A stretch of DNA of 37,780 bases from a virus (taxonomy: Duplodnaviria; Heunggongvirae; Uroviricota; Caudoviricetes). The stretch lies in the IMG/VR virus record IMGVR_UViG_2541047682_000004. The stretch is one strand, 5' to 3'. The first letter of the stretch is position 1. Each line of letters begins with the position of its first letter. Positions 35,522 to 37,780 of the stretch are shown here, in pieces. The position numbers were made by a program, and so were the translations under genes. Under the pieces are notes generated by a model, which did not search any database, was not told the DNA's origin, and worked only from the letters and a program-made list of their open reading frames with translations.

Positions 35522-36265
35522 ATGACAGAGACAGAATCAGCGATTCTGGCGCACGCCCGGCGATGTGCGCCAGCGGAGTCGTGCGGCTTCGTGGTAAGCA
35601 CGCCGGAGGGGGAAAGATATTTCCCCTGCGTGAATATCTCCGGTGAGCCGGAGGCGTATTTCCGGATGGCTCCGGAGGACTGGCTGCAGGCAGAGATGCA
35701 GGGTGAGATTGTGGCGCTGGTCCACAGCCACCCCGGTGGTCTGCCCTGGCTGAGTGAGGCTGACCGGCGGCTGCAGGTGCAGAGCGATTTGCCGTGGTGG
35801 CTGGTCTGCCGGGGGGCGATTCACAAGTTCCGCTGTGTGCCGCATCTCACCGGGCGGCGCTTTGAGTACGGGGTGACAGACTGTTACACACTGTTCCGGG
35901 ATGCTTACCATCTGGCGGGGATTGAGATGCCGGATTTTCATCGCGGGGATGACTGGTGGCGTCACGGTCAGAATCTCTATCTTGACAATATGGAGGCTAC
36001 TGGTTTTTACCGTGTCGCACTGACAGAGGCGCAGCCGGGCGATGTGCTGCTGTGCTGTTTTGGTTCATCGGTGCCGAATCACGCCGCCATTTACTGCGGC
36101 GACGGTGAGCTGCTGCACCATATTCCTGAACAACTGAGTAAACGAGAGAGGTATACCGACAAATGGCAGCGACGCACACACTCCCTCTGGCGTCACCGGG
36201 AATGGCACGCATCTGCCTTTACGGGGATTTGCAACGATTTGGCCGCCGCATCGACCTTCGTGTGA
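35522..36265 (+). CDS. K: tail assembly protein K (JAB/MPN plus NlpC/P60-like)
   Basis: start at MTETESAIL after the L stop; HSHPGG (JAMM-like) motif; lambda K-like. Confidence 0.85.
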   Translation: MTETESAILAHARRCAPAESCGFVVSTPEGERYFPCVNISGEPEAYFRMAPEDWLQAEMQGEIVALVHSHPGGLPWLSEADRRLQVQSDLPWWLVCRGAIHKFRCVPHLTGRRFEYGVTDCYTLFRDAYHLAGIEMPDFHRGDDWWRHGQNLYLDNMEATGFYRVALTEAQPGDVLLCCFGSSVPNHAAIYCGDGELLHHIPEQLSKRERYTDKWQRRTHSLWRHREWHASAFTGICNDLAAASTFV

Positions 36266-36834
36266 AAACGGGGGCTGAAGCCATCCGCGCACTGGCCACA
36301 CAGCTCCCGGTGTTTCGTCAGAAACTGAGCGACGGCTGGTATCAGGTACGGATTGCCGGGCGGGACGTCAGCACGTCCGGGTTAACGGCGCAGTTACATG
36401 AGACTCTGCCTGATGGCGCTGTGATTCATATTGTTCCCAGAGTCGCCGGGGCCAAGTCAGGTGGCGTATTCCAGATTGTCCTGGGGGCTGCCGCCATTGC
36501 CGGATCATTCTTTACCGCCGGAGCCACCCTTGCAGCATGGGGGGCAGCCATTGGGGCCGGTGGTATGACCGGCATCCTGTTTTCTCTCGGTGCCAGTATG
36601 GTGCTCGGTGGTGTGGCGCAGATGCTGGCACCGAAAGCCAGAACTCCCCGTACACAGACAACGGATAACGGCAAACAGAACACCTATTTCTCCTCACTGG
36701 ATAACATGGTTGCCCAGGGCAATGTCCTGCCTGTTCTGTACGGTGAAATGCGCGTGGGGTCACGTGTGGCATCTCAGGAGATCAGCACGGCAGATGAAGG
36801 GGATGGTGGTCAGGTTGTGGTAATTGGGCGGTAA
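36163..36834 (+). CDS. I: tail assembly protein I
   Basis: 223 aa; ubiquitin-like N-terminus and Gly/Ala-rich hydrophobic C-terminus as in lambda I; overlaps K. Confidence 0.85.
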   Translation: MAATHTLPLASPGMARICLYGDLQRFGRRIDLRVKTGAEAIRALATQLPVFRQKLSDGWYQVRIAGRDVSTSGLTAQLHETLPDGAVIHIVPRVAGAKSGGVFQIVLGAAAIAGSFFTAGATLAAWGAAIGAGGMTGILFSLGASMVLGGVAQMLAPKARTPRTQTTDNGKQNTYFSSLDNMVAQGNVLPVLYGEMRVGSRVASQEISTADEGDGGQVVVIGR

Positions 36835-36907
36835 TATTATTTTACTCATGTTCTAACTAATTTAATATTTATATCGAACACTGATAATTATTCTATTGGT
36901 TAGCTAT

Positions 36908-37246
36908 ATGAACAAAACGATTTTATTCTGCACGATTATTGCCTTAACAGGATGTAAATCTTTGGATTACGTAAAATCCGGAAAACCTGTAATGGAAGGT
37001 AATTCATTAAAAAATATTGATGAATTGTCAGGCTGCATATCCAGACAATGGGCTGGTAATGGAACACCTATAACATCCCTTCCTATTGAGAATGGGGTAA
37101 GCCTTTTAGTTCCACAGGCTATGGGGGGATATGATGTTGTGCTTGATATCAAAAAAGCAGGAAATGGCAGTAGTTTTACTCTTTATGAACGTGTACCAGC
37201 ATTAACGCCAAAAATTTTTGCTGATAGTGTTAATGCATGTAAATAA
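36908..37246 (+). CDS. lipoprotein encoded by an AT-rich insertion between tail genes I and J
   Basis: ATG at 36908; signal peptide with lipobox MNKTILFCTIIALTG|C; about 96-aa mature part; AT-rich unlike flanking tail genes; followed by an intrinsic terminator. Confidence 0.6.
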   Translation: MNKTILFCTIIALTGCKSLDYVKSGKPVMEGNSLKNIDELSGCISRQWAGNGTPITSLPIENGVSLLVPQAMGGYDVVLDIKKAGNGSSFTLYERVPALTPKIFADSVNACK

Positions 37247-37270
37247 TAGTTAATCCTGTCGTAACTCATG

Positions 37271-37298
37271 AGCCGCCTTTTGGGCGGCTTTGTTGTTT
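37271..37298 (+). terminator. intrinsic terminator after the lipoprotein gene
   Basis: AGCCGCC-TTTTG-GGCGGCT hairpin followed by TTGTTGTTT. Confidence 0.7.
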
Positions 37299-37312
37299 AT
37301 GGAGTGTGAGGA

Positions 37313-37780
37313 ATGGGTAAAGGAAGCAGTAAGGGGCATACCCCGCGCGAAGCGAGGGACAACCTGAAGTCCACGCAGCTGCTGAGTGTGATCGATGCCA
37401 TCAGCGAAGGGCCGGTTGAAGGTCCGGTGGACGGATTAAAAAGCGTGCTGCTGAACAGTACGCCGGTGCTGGACAGTGAGGGGAATACCAATATATCCGG
37501 TGTCACGGTGGTGTTCCGGGCAGGTGAGCAGGAGCAGACACCGCCGGAGGGATTTGAATCCTCCGGCTCCGAGACGGTGCTGGGTACGGAAGTGAAATAT
37601 GACACGCCGATCACCCGGACCATCACGTCGGCAAACATCGACCGTCTGCGCTTTACCTTCGGTGTGCAGGCACTGGTGGAAACCACCTCAAAGGGGGACA
37701 GGAATCCGTCGGAAGTCCGCCTGCTGGTTCAGATCCAGCGTAACGGTGGCTGGGTGACGGAAAAAGACATCACCATTAAG
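37313..37780 (+). CDS. J: tail tip / host-specificity protein J (5' portion; continues beyond the window)
   Basis: MGKGSSKGHTPREARDNLKSTQLLSVIDAISEGPVEGPVDGLKSVLLNST... near-identical to the lambda J N-terminus; open to the window end. Confidence 0.9.
   Translation, partial: MGKGSSKGHTPREARDNLKSTQLLSVIDAISEGPVEGPVDGLKSVLLNSTPVLDSEGNTNISGVTVVFRAGEQEQTPPEGFESSGSETVLGTEVKYDTPITRTITSANIDRLRFTFGVQALVETTSKGDRNPSEVRLLVQIQRNGGWVTEKDITIK

Noticed and set aside
34723-35601. 292-aa minus-strand ORF
   Set aside because: Antisense to tail genes L and K; the plus-strand products are near-identical to lambda.

Overview
This window is a nearly complete lambdoid prophage of an enterobacterial host (E. coli-like), read from the integrase end. 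Its modules are mosaic. Order: int/xis (1-1357), a large DEDDh exonuclease gene, small leftward early genes, a CI-like repressor with a divergent Cro-like/YdaT-like pair (Rac-type immunity region), a replication initiator with internal iterons, an AT-rich two-gene cargo island (8.8-10.9 kb), a hok-type toxin, RusA, a lambda-type Q with PR'/tR', an orphan DNA methyltransferase, three tRNA genes, two paralogous sRNA-like units, a phage-21-type lysis cassette (pinholin, frameshifted SAR endolysin, Rz/Rz1), cos, and lambda-type head and tail genes Nu1 through the start of J. The tail genes are close to lambda itself by recalled protein sequence. The strongest candidate for an undescribed system is the AT-rich pair at 8875-10914: a protein with a C-terminal HEPN-like Rx4H motif followed by a protein with a GNAT-like C-terminal domain. 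Other accessory loci worth attention are the duplicated structured-RNA units at the locus where Stx phages carry stx, a ribbon-helix-helix plus 136-aa pair at the bor position, a lipoprotein gene inserted between tail genes I and J, and small membrane-peptide ORFs. All calls rest on reading the sequence and on motif and homology recall; no database search or folding was run.
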